The translations under genes were made by a program, and so were the position numbers. From an uncultured Candidatus Rokubacteria bacterium (lineage in GTDB: Bacteria; Methylomirabilota; Methylomirabilia; Rokubacteriales; CSP1-6), in the NCBI GenBank assembly GCA_963754315.1, contig CAVWFS010000007.1:576001-640000 (forward strand): a stretch of 64,000 bases of DNA, written 5' to 3'. The notes beneath the pieces are model-generated. The model made no database searches and was not told the DNA's origin. It was given only the letters and a program-made list of their open reading frames with translations. Positions 1 through 10,072 of the stretch are shown here, in pieces (the stretch's first letter is position 1; each line of letters opens with the position of its first letter).

Positions 1-1293
1 CGTCCCCATCTTCTGCTACGCGTCCTGGGGCGACTGCTGGGAGTCCTGATCGTCCTGGGGGCGGTTGTCCTCAGCGTATATGTGTACCAGCTCAACTTCG
101 TTCATCCGCGCACCGACGACGCCGCCGTGCGCGCCAACGTCGTCGGGATCGCCCCTCATGTGAGCGGCCCCCTCGTCGAGCTGAAGGTGGTCGACAACCA
201 GCGGGTCAAGCAAGGTGATCTGCTCTTCGTGATCGACCCTCGGCCCTACGAGGCGCGCCTGGCGAGGGTGCGCGCCGACCTTGCCCTCGCCCTCAGGGAT
301 GTCGAGGCGCAGCAGAAGGCCATCGCCTCGGCGGGCGCGCAGGTGGCGGGGCGCGAGGCGGCCATGGCCGCCGCCACCGCCGAGGTGGCGCGGAGCGAGA
401 CAGGACCGCCTGCCGCCGAGGCTGAGATCGCCCGGGCCGAGGCCAACCAGGCGGCGGCAGAGGCATTGGTGGCACGCCTGGAGGCAGAGTTTGCGTACGC
501 CGCCGACTACCTCCGACGGGTCGAGCCACTGCTCGAGCGCCAGTTCGTCACCGCGGATCGGGTGAGCGACGCCCGGAGCAAGCGCGACGCTGCCGAGGCA
601 GCATTGAGCGAGGCGCGACGCCGTGTGCGGGCCGCCGAGGCGGCTGTGCGCGAAGCGCGAACCAAGAAGACCGCTGCCGACGCAGCCGTCGAGCACGCGA
701 AGGCCGCCCGCCGCCAGGCCGCCCACGCCACCGAGCAAGCCTTGCATGACCGCCAGCGAGCCCAGGAGCTACTCGCCCAGTTCGGTGAATTCAACGCCCG
801 CCTGCAGGCTGCCGAGGCTGCCGTCCGGAGCGCCGAGCTCGACGTTGGTTACTGCTGGGTGCGCGCTCCCTTCGACGCCTACGTGACCAATCTCAATATC
901 GCCGTCGGCGAGTACGCCAAGCAGGGTCAGCAAGTGTTTGCCCTCGTCGACAACCGGGTCTGGTACGTGCTCGCCAACTTCCGCGAGACGTACATGGCGT
1001 CGATCAAGCCGGGCATGCAGGCCGAGGTCTATCTGCTCACCTATCCTGGGCGTCCCTTCCGAGGCGTGGTGCAGGGCATCGGTTGGGCCAACCAACCCGA
1101 CGACGGCGCCACCGTCGGGGTGCTCCCTGAAGTGCGGCGGACGTTGAACTGGGTGCGCCTCGCCAACCGATTCCCCGTGCGCATCGTGCTCGAGGAGCAG
1201 GATCCCGAGCGGCCCTTCCGCATGGGGACCACGGCCGTGGTGACCATCCGCGGGTTCCCGGCCACTCCCTCGCCGCCTGCACACCGTCCGTAA
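1..1293 (+). CDS. HlyD-family membrane fusion protein (MdtN/AaeA-like), 5' end outside window
   Basis: Frame is open from base 1 (RPHLLLRVLGRLLGVLIVLGAVVLS TM segment). Contains PRTDDA, IAPHVSG, a long coiled coil and the NWVRLANRFPVRI motif. Adjacent to a FUSC gene. Confidence 0.9.
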   Translation, partial: RPHLLLRVLGRLLGVLIVLGAVVLSVYVYQLNFVHPRTDDAAVRANVVGIAPHVSGPLVELKVVDNQRVKQGDLLFVIDPRPYEARLARVRADLALALRDVEAQQKAIASAGAQVAGREAAMAAATAEVARSETGPPAAEAEIARAEANQAAAEALVARLEAEFAYAADYLRRVEPLLERQFVTADRVSDARSKRDAAEAALSEARRRVRAAEAAVREARTKKTAADAAVEHAKAARRQAAHATEQALHDRQRAQELLAQFGEFNARLQAAEAAVRSAELDVGYCWVRAPFDAYVTNLNIAVGEYAKQGQQVFALVDNRVWYVLANFRETYMASIKPGMQAEVYLLTYPGRPFRGVVQGIGWANQPDDGATVGVLPEVRRTLNWVRLANRFPVRIVLEEQDPERPFRMGTTAVVTIRGFPATPSPPAHRP

Positions 1294-1294
1294 G

Positions 1295-3484
1295 GTGAAG
1301 GGCGATCCCCGAGCGCCCGCCTCTCTCGGCGCCACGCTCACGGCCTTTCTGCGCGCCGAGCTGGCCCCCACTCCAGGTCGAACCCGAGCTGCGCTGCGCG
1401 TCCTGATCGCCTCGCTGGTGGGCACCGTGATCGTCATGGCTACCCATGCCCCTCACGGCCACTGGATCATCATCACGATCTTCCTGGTAAGCCCAGAAGA
1501 TGCCGGGTCCTCCCTCATCAAGGGCATCCAACGCCTGGTGGGGACCTTGGCGGGCGGGGCGGTCGGCGTGCTGATCGTCATTGGGTTCGCCAACGAGCCC
1601 TGGTTCATGTTCGCGGCGATCGGCGTGGCGGTCGCGGTGGGCATGTTCCTCTCCCGTACGACGAGCGCTCCGTACGCAAGCCTCCTGGGCACGGTGACTC
1701 TGCTCCTGGTGGTGTTCTCCCATCTCGACTCGCCGGGAACCGAGATCGACACGGCGCTCTGGCGGACCCTGATGATCCTCCTCGGCGTCCTGCTCGGCAC
1801 CGGAGCTCAGATCCTCCTGTGGCCGAGCGACCCGGAAGAGCGCCTTCTCGACGATCTCGTGGTACGCCTCTCCACGGTCGAGCGCCTCCTGGCCGAGGCC
1901 TTGGCCCCGCCCAGGGGCGGGGTCGCTGACGTCCCCGGTCCCGACGTGATGGCAATCAGCGGATTCGCACGCGAGCTCGACCTGTTGGCCAACGCCGAGG
2001 CGCGCTACCCGTCCCTGCGGCGTCGCCATCCTGAACAGATCGCCCTGATCACTGAGGTGGAGCGGCTCCTCACCAATGCGCTGTGGTTGAGCGAGCTGAC
2101 CCAGAGCCCCGAGGGCCAGCCACGCCTCGACGATTCGCTCCGTCGGCGCCTGGGTACGATCCGTGAAGAGTGCGGACACCAGCGCCAGGCGCTCGCCGCT
2201 CGGCAGCCGGCCGCCTCGGAAGTCGTCAGCGGACAAGCGTCGCGCATCGACGTTGCCCCTGAAGTTGGCATTCCAGCGCTCGTTGCGTACATGGAAGCGA
2301 CCCTCATCCGGATCGCAACCGCCACGCAGCTCCTGGGATCTAGCGCTCCGGCGCGCGGGCTGAGGCCGCCGGCGTCCACTTCACCCCTCGACACCTTGCG
2401 GCGAGCGCCCTTCCTGACGCCGTCCTTCTCCCTCTCGAACACCGGGGACATCGTATTTTCCCTCAAGTGCGCCGTGGCTGTGGAGATATGCCTTCTCATC
2501 ATCCTCGGCCTCGACTGGCCGGGCCTCATGACCAGCATCGTCACGTGCGTCATCGGCGCCCAGAGCAGCCTCGGGGCCAGCATCTACAAGGCGTTTCTCA
2601 GGCTGGCGGGGGCCCTGCTCGGCGGCCTGCTCGGCCTGGCCATGATCGTCGCCGTCATGCCCAACGCGGTAGGCCTCACCTCGATGCTCCTGCCGTTCGC
2701 CGCGGGTGTCTGGATTGCCGCCTGGATCGCCGCGGGCAGCTCACGCATTTCCTATGCTGGTATTCAGGTCGGCATGGCGCTGGCGATCGCCGTAGTCGAT
2801 GCTATCGGGCCGACCGTCGACTTGGTGCCCCCCCGCGACCGTGTGCTGGGGATCGTGCTGGGTATCGTGGTGCTGACGCTCGTTTATGAGGCCGTGTGGC
2901 CTCTTAGAGCCAGCCGGGCGATGCGCCCGGCCCTCGGCTCCGCCCTGCGCGCCATGGCCGTGCTGGCCGTGGTCGAGCCCGCCGGCGGCTATGAAACCGC
3001 CGTTGCCCGCGCCGCTCGTCACCGGAGCAACGTGTATCACGGGCTGGCGGACGTGCTTCGACTGCGCGAGGAGTCCACCATGGAACCCGGCGCGTCGGCG
3101 CCAGCGGCCCGCGCCGAGAGGGATACCATCCTTCGGCTCACGGCCGACGCCCAGGCGGTCTTCCTTGCGTTACTCGCCCTCGCCCGCCATCGGGTGGCTA
3201 TCGATCGGACCTCCGCTCCGGCAACAGTGGCCGCTCACACGGACCACTTCGATCGCGACGTCCGCCAGGCCATCGAGACCATCGCCGGCAATCTCGAGGG
3301 CAAGGAGGGGCCACGCCCGGATCTGCAAGCGCGCTTCGACGAGCTCGAGCGGGCGGGAGCTGACTGGCGCGCACCGGCGGTCATGGTCACTGCCTCAGCC
3401 CTCGCCTACCTGCGCGGAGAAATCGCCGTCCGGCGCGACGTGATGGCCGAGGTGCTCCGTCTCTCCCGAGCCGTCGACGCCTGA
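1295..3484 (+). CDS. FUSC-family (MdtO/AaeB-like) efflux membrane protein
   Basis: Two hydrophobic multi-TM blocks, N-terminal FLRAELAPTPGR, SSRISYAGIQ motif; directly follows the HlyD gene. Confidence 0.85.
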   Translation: MKGDPRAPASLGATLTAFLRAELAPTPGRTRAALRVLIASLVGTVIVMATHAPHGHWIIITIFLVSPEDAGSSLIKGIQRLVGTLAGGAVGVLIVIGFANEPWFMFAAIGVAVAVGMFLSRTTSAPYASLLGTVTLLLVVFSHLDSPGTEIDTALWRTLMILLGVLLGTGAQILLWPSDPEERLLDDLVVRLSTVERLLAEALAPPRGGVADVPGPDVMAISGFARELDLLANAEARYPSLRRRHPEQIALITEVERLLTNALWLSELTQSPEGQPRLDDSLRRRLGTIREECGHQRQALAARQPAASEVVSGQASRIDVAPEVGIPALVAYMEATLIRIATATQLLGSSAPARGLRPPASTSPLDTLRRAPFLTPSFSLSNTGDIVFSLKCAVAVEICLLIILGLDWPGLMTSIVTCVIGAQSSLGASIYKAFLRLAGALLGGLLGLAMIVAVMPNAVGLTSMLLPFAAGVWIAAWIAAGSSRISYAGIQVGMALAIAVVDAIGPTVDLVPPRDRVLGIVLGIVVLTLVYEAVWPLRASRAMRPALGSALRAMAVLAVVEPAGGYETAVARAARHRSNVYHGLADVLRLREESTMEPGASAPAARAERDTILRLTADAQAVFLALLALARHRVAIDRTSAPATVAAHTDHFDRDVRQAIETIAGNLEGKEGPRPDLQARFDELERAGADWRAPAVMVTASALAYLRGEIAVRRDVMAEVLRLSRAVDA

Positions 3485-3512
3485 CGAGGGAGCTCGCCTA
3501 GCGGTTCGGTTT

Positions 3513-5582
3513 TCAGCCGCGCCTCCGCTTGCCGAGCTGCTCCTTGGCGGCGGCCAGGACACGATCCGGCGTGAAGCCGAACTTCTGCTGCAACTCCTTC
3601 AGGGGCGCCGACGCTCCGAAGGTGTGCATACCGATGACCTCCCCATCGGTACCCACGAAGCGGGCCCAGCCGAACGTGGAGGCTTGCTCCACGGCGACGC
3701 GCGCGGCCACCGCTGGTGGTAGAACCCGGTCGCGGTACTCTTGGCTTTGCCGGTCAAATAGCTCCCACGAAGGCATGCTCACCACGCGGGCCTTGATCCC
3801 CTCTGCCGTCAGCTTCTCGAACGTCTCCACGCAGAGGGACACTTCGCTACCGGTTGCGAGGAGCAACACGTCCGGCTTGCCGTCAGGAGCATCGGCCAAC
3901 ACGTATGCGCCCTGGGCGAGCCCGGCTGCCGGCGCGTAGCGGGACCGATCGAAGGTCGGTAACGCCTGACGGCTGAGGATGAGCGCCACCGCATCGTGGC
4001 GGAGCTGCATGATGACCCGCCAGGCCTCCGTGACCTCGTTGGCGTCGCCCGGCCGCAGGGTAATGAGGCCCGGGATGGCCCGTAGCGAAGCAAGATGCTC
4101 GACGGGCTGATGAGTCGGTCCGTCCTCTCCGACGCCAATGGAATCGTGGGTAAAGACGTAGATGACCGGGATTTCCATCAGCGCCGACAGGCGAAGGGAG
4201 CCGCGACCGTAGTCACTGAAGATGAGGAACCCTGATCCGAACGGGCGGACCTTGGAGAGGGCAAGACCATTGAGGACGGCTCCCATGGCATGCTCCCTCA
4301 CACCAAAGTGAAAGTTCCGTCCACTCAGCTTCGCTCCTGAAAAATCGCCGGCTCCGTCGAAGGTCAGCCGCGTCTTGGTCGAGGGTGCCAGATCGGCCGA
4401 GCCTCCGATGAGCCATGGCACCCGCGGAGCAAGCGCGTTGAGAACCTTGGCCGACGAGTCCCGGCTGGCGATACCCTTGGCGTCTGGGGGGAACGAGGGC
4501 AGATCGTGGTCCCAGCCTTCGGGCAGTTCGCGTCGTTGCATCCGATAGAGGTGGTCAGCCAGCTCCTTGTACTGACGGGTGTAGTCGGCGAACTTGGCCA
4601 TCCAGGCCTCCCGCAGGGCCCCCCCGCGGCGTCCGAGGCCGTCCCGAAAGTGTTCACGTACTCCGTCAGGCACGAGGAACTGAGCATCTTCCGGCCACCC
4701 GTAGTTGCGCTTGGTGAGCCTGACCTCGTCGTCACCCAGTGGCTCGCCGTGGGCGGCGCTGGTGTCCTCCTTGTGAGGCGCGCCGTAGCCGATGTGGCTC
4801 TCCACGATGATCAAGGTGGGCCGGTCGGTCGTCCGCTTGAAGCTGGTGAAGGCCCGCTCGATGGCATCGAGGTCGTTGGCGTCTCCCACCCGCACCACGT
4901 TCCAGTTGTAGCCAAGGAACCGCGTCGCGACGTCCTCGGTGAAGGCGAGGTCGGTGTGGCCCTCAATGGTGACCTTGTTACGATCGTAGATCCAGCAGAG
5001 GTTCGACAGCCGTAGATGGCCGGCCAGGGACGCCGCCTCGCTGGCGATGCCTTCCATCATGCATCCATCACCGCTGAGCGCATAGACGTCGTAGTCGATC
5101 ATGGAGAAGCCGGGTCGGTTGAAGTACTGCGCCATCCACTGGCTGGCGATGGCCATACCGACGCTGGTGGCCACCCCCTGGCCGAGGGGGCCCGTCGTCG
5201 TCTCCACCCCGGACGTCCAGCGGTACTCGGGATGCCCGGGGCACTTGCTGCCAAGCTGCCGGAAGCTCTTGATGTCGTCGAGGGACACGGAGACTTGACC
5301 CATCACCTCGTACTTCGGGTTGACGGCCTTCACTCCGGTCAGGTGGAGGAGGGCGTAGAGCAACATGGAGGCGTGTCCGGCCGACAGGACGAACCGATCG
5401 CGGTTGGGCCAAATGGGATGCTCGGGATCGAAGCGCAGGAAGCGTTGCCAGAGCCAGTAGGCGACGGGGGCGGCGCCCATGGGCGTGCCGGGGTGTCCGG
5501 AGCGCGCCTTCTGGATGGCGTCGATGGCAAGCGTCCGGATGGTGTTGATGCACAGCTGGTCCATGCGTTCCTGGTCGGTCAT
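3513..5582 (-). CDS. tkt: Transketolase
   Basis: [23 protein letters not shown] (ThDP motif), [16 protein letters not shown]. Confidence 0.98.
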   Translation of the reverse strand: MTDQERMDQLCINTIRTLAIDAIQKARSGHPGTPMGAAPVAYWLWQRFLRFDPEHPIWPNRDRFVLSAGHASMLLYALLHLTGVKAVNPKYEVMGQVSVSLDDIKSFRQLGSKCPGHPEYRWTSGVETTTGPLGQGVATSVGMAIASQWMAQYFNRPGFSMIDYDVYALSGDGCMMEGIASEAASLAGHLRLSNLCWIYDRNKVTIEGHTDLAFTEDVATRFLGYNWNVVRVGDANDLDAIERAFTSFKRTTDRPTLIIVESHIGYGAPHKEDTSAAHGEPLGDDEVRLTKRNYGWPEDAQFLVPDGVREHFRDGLGRRGGALREAWMAKFADYTRQYKELADHLYRMQRRELPEGWDHDLPSFPPDAKGIASRDSSAKVLNALAPRVPWLIGGSADLAPSTKTRLTFDGAGDFSGAKLSGRNFHFGVREHAMGAVLNGLALSKVRPFGSGFLIFSDYGRGSLRLSALMEIPVIYVFTHDSIGVGEDGPTHQPVEHLASLRAIPGLITLRPGDANEVTEAWRVIMQLRHDAVALILSRQALPTFDRSRYAPAAGLAQGAYVLADAPDGKPDVLLLATGSEVSLCVETFEKLTAEGIKARVVSMPSWELFDRQSQEYRDRVLPPAVAARVAVEQASTFGWARFVGTDGEVIGMHTFGASAPLKELQQKFGFTPDRVLAAAKEQLGKRRRG

Positions 5583-5584
5583 GA

Positions 5585-6292
5585 TCAGGCCTTTCGCGTG
5601 AGGTGACGGATCCCAGCCTGGCCGGCCACGATCACGTCGGTGGCTAGGTGGAGAAACAGACCATGTTCCACGATCCCGGTCCTCCCGTTGAGGCGCGCCG
5701 CGAGCTCCGCGACCTCAGCGATCGGTCCGAACGCGCAGTCCACGATCAGGTTACCCTCGTCGGTGGTAAACGGCCTGCCCTCCGGCCCCGCCCGTAGGGT
5801 GACGCGGGCGCCCAAGGATTCAAGAAACCGTGCCTGCGACTGCCACAAAAACGGGATCACTTCCACGGGCACGGCCCAGTGGGTCCCGAGCCGAGGCGAG
5901 AGCTTGGCGTCGTCCACGACGATCACCTCGCGGCGGCTCGCCTGAGCCACGATCTTCTCGTGGAGAAGCGCTCCCCCACCGCCCTTGATGAGGTTGAGAT
6001 CGGGGTCGACCTCGTCGGCGCCGTCGATGGTCACGTCGATGTCACGCGCTCCGTCCAACACGAGGGGGATGCCGAGCGCGCGTGCTTCCGCCTCGATACC
6101 GCTCGAGGTTGGCACCCCGGCGATATCGTGCAGGCGCCCCTCGCGCAGGAGCTGTCCGAGCCGACGAACGGCGAAAATGGCGGTGCTGCCCGTGCCAAGC
6201 CCGACCACCATGCCCGATCGCACCAGCTCCACCGCCCGTTCCGCCGCCGCCTGCTTGTGGCGGACGCGCACGTCGGTGTCGGAGGCCTTCAT
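5585..6292 (-). CDS. rpiA: Ribose-5-phosphate isomerase A
   Basis: [27 protein letters not shown]. The ATG at 6292 overlaps the pgl stop (TGATG). Confidence 0.96.
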   Translation of the reverse strand: MKASDTDVRVRHKQAAAERAVELVRSGMVVGLGTGSTAIFAVRRLGQLLREGRLHDIAGVPTSSGIEAEARALGIPLVLDGARDIDVTIDGADEVDPDLNLIKGGGGALLHEKIVAQASRREVIVVDDAKLSPRLGTHWAVPVEVIPFLWQSQARFLESLGARVTLRAGPEGRPFTTDEGNLIVDCAFGPIAEVAELAARLNGRTGIVEHGLFLHLATDVIVAGQAGIRHLTRKA

Positions 6293-7014
6293 CAGCGGTG
6301 TTCCAGGCGGGCGGCGGCGGCGGTATCCACCAGCCAGCGTAGCTCTCCGCGGGTAGGCTGGATGGCCTGAGAGGGAAGAACTTCCACCTGGGCGGGGCCT
6401 TCCAGGACGTCGCGCAGTCGATCTGCCTTCTCGGCGCCCGCGACCAGAAACCTCACGTGGCGGGCGGCGTTGATCACCACCGGCGTCATCGTCACCCGCC
6501 ACATGGAGACGACCTCCACGTACTGGGCCAGCACCCAGCGGACGGTCTCGGTCACCCCCGGTAACCCGGGAAAGAGCGAGGCCGTGTGCCCGTTGTCGCC
6601 CATGCCGAGGAGCACGAGGTCAAGACTCTCGCCCCTGAGAAAGCCGCGTAGCAGCTCCTCGTAGGCCGCCGCCGCTTGCTTCGGCTCATCCTCGCCACGG
6701 ATGCGATGAATGTTCTCGGCCGGTAAGGGGACTCTCGACAGCAGCGTCTCATTCGCCATGCGGTAGTTACTCTGGGGATGATCGGGCGGCACGCACCGCT
6801 CGTCGCCCCAGAAGATGTGCACACAAGACCAGTCGACCTGCCGGGCAACATCCGGGGCGGCCAGGAGCGTGTACAAGGCCGCGGGAGTCGAGCCGCCTGA
6901 CAGGGCCACCGAAAACCGCCGGTGCGCCGCCTGCGCGAGGCCAGCGACCTTGATGAACTCGTCGGCCGCAGCGCGCATGAGGCCTGCCCGGTCGGGTAGC
7001 ACATCGACGCGCAT
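6292..7014 (-). CDS. pgl: 6-phosphogluconolactonase
   Basis: ALSGGSTP, FWGDERCVPPDHPQSNY, LLGMGDNGHTASLFP. Confidence 0.96.
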   Translation of the reverse strand: MRVDVLPDRAGLMRAAADEFIKVAGLAQAAHRRFSVALSGGSTPAALYTLLAAPDVARQVDWSCVHIFWGDERCVPPDHPQSNYRMANETLLSRVPLPAENIHRIRGEDEPKQAAAAYEELLRGFLRGESLDLVLLGMGDNGHTASLFPGLPGVTETVRWVLAQYVEVVSMWRVTMTPVVINAARHVRFLVAGAEKADRLRDVLEGPAQVEVLPSQAIQPTRGELRWLVDTAAAARLEHR

Positions 7015-7119
7015 GCCGTGTCCTCCCGCTGGTCCCGGTTGGCGACCCGTTCCCTAGCGCTGTCATCATATGCCACCTCGCTACCCGGACCGAGAGGGCT
7101 GAGTTCCTCGGACCACACC

Positions 7120-7134
7120 GCACGCCGGATGCCA
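7120..7134 (-). promoter_or_regulatory. Possible sigma-54 (-24/-12) promoter for pgl-rpiA-tkt
   Basis: Minus strand reads TGGCATCCGGCGTGC (GG-N10-GC), about 105 nt upstream of the pgl start. Confidence 0.35.
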
Positions 7135-7222
7135 TACTGACGTTGCCGGACCATCTGCGCCTCGGTGTTCGCCGACATTGCCGGGCGGGTACCGTCGGGG
7201 CGCGCCGGGAGGACGTCGCCGC

Positions 7223-7611
7223 GTGGAACGCATGCTGCTGGTGGCTCTCGGAGGCGCGATCGGGACCCTACTGCGCTACTTCACCTCAGGTCTCGCCGCG
7301 AAGTGGTTCGGCATCGACTTTCCGTACGGCACGATCATCGTGAACCTCGTCGGTGCCTTCCTCATAGGGCTCATCCAGCAGATCGCCACGGAGACCCTGC
7401 TCTTCCCGAAAACGCGCGGTTGTTCCTGACCACCGGCCTCATGGGCGGCCTCACGACCTACTCTGCCTTCAGCTATGAGACCGTCCGTCTCATCGAGGCG
7501 AACGCCTGGCCCCAGGCGTGGATCAACGTCGTGGGGACGACTGCGGGTTGCCTGCTCCTCTGTGTGGCCGGGATCGCGGTGGGCCGCCTGGTCATCAGTC
7601 TACGGGTCTGA
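7223..7611 (+). pseudogene. crcB: Fluoride channel CrcB/FluC with one frameshift (possibly a sequencing error)
   Basis: GGAIGTLLRY...FPYGTIIVNLVGAFLIG in one frame and TTGLMGGLTTYSAFSYET in another. One base is missing near 7405 (TTCCCGAAAAC). GGAGGA RBS precedes GTG 7223. Confidence 0.88.
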
Positions 7612-7742
7612 CCCCTCGCAACGCGCAACGTGGTCGGGGGGTGGCGGGCCAGCGCCGTTCGTTTCGACCCCCTGGCCCAGCCGTCGGGAGTGGAGGTGGT
7701 CGAGATCGCGCGGCGCGCGACTACCAGGTCCCGGTAGCGCGG

Positions 7743-8420
7743 TCAGAACCGAAATGTGATTGCCGCCAGAAACGACGACCGCGTTCCAATCCCTCCTTCG
7801 ACAAGAATACTTCATACATGGCACCGGCCCAGAGCGCCGCGTGTGTGGATGACGTCACGGCGCCGCGCAGACCCACTCTCGAGGAGAAGACCAGGGCCGT
7901 CATCTTTGTGTCCGTGAACAGGGTTTCATGCTTGAACGATAGGGGCGTAATCGTATAGTTTGTGTCGGCCACCATGAACGCAGTCAGGTTGTGCCACTCG
8001 CTTACCTTGAAGCCCCCGCCAGCGTTACCCCCCTCCGTAGGTGGGCCCTTCGTAGGAGAGGCTAATCGAGAGTCGTTGGGCCGGAATGTCCAGGATCCGG
8101 ACCGCCGGCAGATCGACGGCTCCCGTCATTCTTGCCGAGGTATATCCGGCAATCCCATAGACGCTCACAAACGGAAAAACCCACACGTCGAACCTGGCGA
8201 CGGCCTGCTGCGTCGTGTCCACCCGATCCATTTGCACAAAGTTCGTGACCGATTCCGGAGGGCGGCCAACGATGCCAACCTGGAGATCCTTGATCTTGAA
8301 CGGCTGTTGCTCGCGGTAGTAGTTGACTCCGATCCCGAATGGTAGTGGGATCTGATGGCCTCTCGCTTCAGCGTATTCCGTGGCCAGAGAGAATCGTGGC
8401 GCGATACGGATTCTTGACAA
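7743..8420 (-). pseudogene. Disrupted outer-membrane beta-barrel protein
   Basis: ARGHQIPLPFGIG...FDVWVFPFVSVYG...GPTYGGG, then a frameshift in the C6 run at 8028-8033, then VTLAGGF...WAGAMY, then a jump to another frame ending ILVEGGIGTRSSFLAAITFRF* (terminal-Phe beta signal). No signal peptide. Confidence 0.6.
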
Positions 8421-8442
8421 GGGAGTTCACCAGCGACATGCT
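8414..8442 (+). promoter_or_regulatory. Possible sigma-70 promoter for the patatin gene
   Basis: TTGACA-N17-CATGCT upstream of the AAGGAG RBS and ATG 8498. Confidence 0.4.
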
Positions 8443-8497
8443 TTCCGATCTATCCTCTCTCGCGGCTCATAGAGCCAGTGGTGGGTAAGGAGCAGCC

Positions 8498-9721
8498 ATG
8501 GGGAGAAAGACCGTGGCACTGGGTGTCGCGGCCCTCGGCGCCGTCTCGGTGGGGGTCTTGGTGGCTCGTGGTCTGCGGGGGCCCTCGCGGCTTCCGGCGG
8601 TGCCCGAGGAGCTCACGACCCGAGCCGAGGTTCCCGGGATTCCGCGCGTCAGGTACTGGGTGGGCGTCGACATCGAGCGGTTCGTACGCGACGTGCTCGA
8701 GGCACGGGAGCGTGAGGCGAAGCACCGGGCACGTTCAGGGTTTGAGGGAGCGCTACCGGCCGCCACGCTGCTCGGGGTGTCGGGCGGAGGCGATAACGGA
8801 GCCTTCGGCGCGGGGCTGCTCTGCGGCTGGACCGAGTCGGGGCAGCGACCTCAGTTCAAGGCAGTCACGGGGGTCAGCACCGGGGCTCTGATCGCGCCCT
8901 TCGCGTTCGCCGGCCCCGAGTACGATCACGTGCTGCGCAGCGTCTTCACGTCGGTGGGTCCGTCCGACGTCGCACATAAGCGAAGCCTGCTCGCGGCGAT
9001 CAACAACGATGCGATGGCCGACAACCGGCCCCTCTGGGGACAGATCTCGCGGTACGCCGACGAGGGTCTGCTCAAGAAAATCGCGGAGGAGCATGCGAAC
9101 GGGCGCATCCTCCTGGTGGGGACGACGAACCTCGACGCACGCCAGCCGGTGGTCTGGAACATGGGGAAGATCGCGGCCAGCGGCGCCCCCGGGGCGCTCC
9201 ACCTGTTCCGCACCATCCTCCTGGCCTCGGCCGCGATCCCCATGGCGCTTCCCCCGACCATGGTCCGGGTCGAGGCGGATGGCGAGACCTATGAAGAGAT
9301 GCACGTGGATGGCGGAGCTTCCGCGCAGATCTTCCTCTACCCGCCAAGCATGTGCGGCGTGGCCGCCTCTCTTGGGGAGGAACTGACCCGCAAGTTTCGC
9401 GTCTATATCATCCGCAATTCCCCGGGGCGCGCTTCGTGGGCGCCCGTCAAGCGGCAGACCATCAGCATCGCCGGCCCGGCGATCATGTCGCTCATTCACA
9501 CTCAGGGATTCGGAGATCTCTACCGCATCTACGCCACGACGCAGCGCGACGGGCTCGACTTCAACCTGGCCTTCATCGACGACGACTTCAACGCGGAGCA
9601 CCCGGAGGAGTTCGACACCCAGTACATGCGGGCGCTGTTCGACTATGGGTTCCGTCAGGGCCGGGATGGCTACCCGTGGAAGAAGACCCCTCCCCGGTTC
9701 GATCCCACCATGAGCCCCTGA
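8498..9721 (+). CDS. Patatin-like phospholipase
   Basis: SGGGDNGAFGAG, GVSTG nucleophile motif, DGG motif; N-terminal hydrophobic segment. Confidence 0.92.
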   Translation: MGRKTVALGVAALGAVSVGVLVARGLRGPSRLPAVPEELTTRAEVPGIPRVRYWVGVDIERFVRDVLEAREREAKHRARSGFEGALPAATLLGVSGGGDNGAFGAGLLCGWTESGQRPQFKAVTGVSTGALIAPFAFAGPEYDHVLRSVFTSVGPSDVAHKRSLLAAINNDAMADNRPLWGQISRYADEGLLKKIAEEHANGRILLVGTTNLDARQPVVWNMGKIAASGAPGALHLFRTILLASAAIPMALPPTMVRVEADGETYEEMHVDGGASAQIFLYPPSMCGVAASLGEELTRKFRVYIIRNSPGRASWAPVKRQTISIAGPAIMSLIHTQGFGDLYRIYATTQRDGLDFNLAFIDDDFNAEHPEEFDTQYMRALFDYGFRQGRDGYPWKKTPPRFDPTMSP

Positions 9722-9937
9722 TCGTCCGCGGCCCGCGCTCGGTCTGCCTGTCGCAAACTCGTCCGCCGGCCTGTGCCTCGCCAAGACTCGACCAGTGCAA
9801 GCTGTTGATCTCTCAGCGATGATCCGGAGGCAATCCGCTCAATGGTTGGGTCCGCCGTCGACGGGCAGGCCACGTCAGCGGCGGTGTCAGCAGTCGCCAA
9901 CGGCAGAATTACGGCAGAATCCTGGCCGGACACACGA

Positions 9938-9969
9938 AAGGGGTTACGGGTATCAACCCGTAACCCCTT
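9938..9969. terminator. Perfect 13-bp hairpin downstream of tRNA-Gly
   Basis: AAGGGGTTACGGG-TATCAA-CCCGTAACCCCTT. Confidence 0.65.
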
Positions 9970-9978
9970 GGGTTTATG

Positions 9979-10053
<75 letters not shown>

Positions 10054-10072
10054 CCGGCTAGCGGGTATTGTA

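Noticed and set aside
7060..7222. Fluoride riboswitch upstream of crcB
   Set aside because: GGTGTTCGCC is present, but the conserved GGNGATGG 5' element and the pseudoknot partner could not be found by eye. An Rfam covariance search would decide.
7395..7415. Programmed -1 frameshift in crcB (CCCGAAAA)
   Set aside because: Not a canonical slippery heptamer, and similar indels throughout the window make error or mutation simpler.
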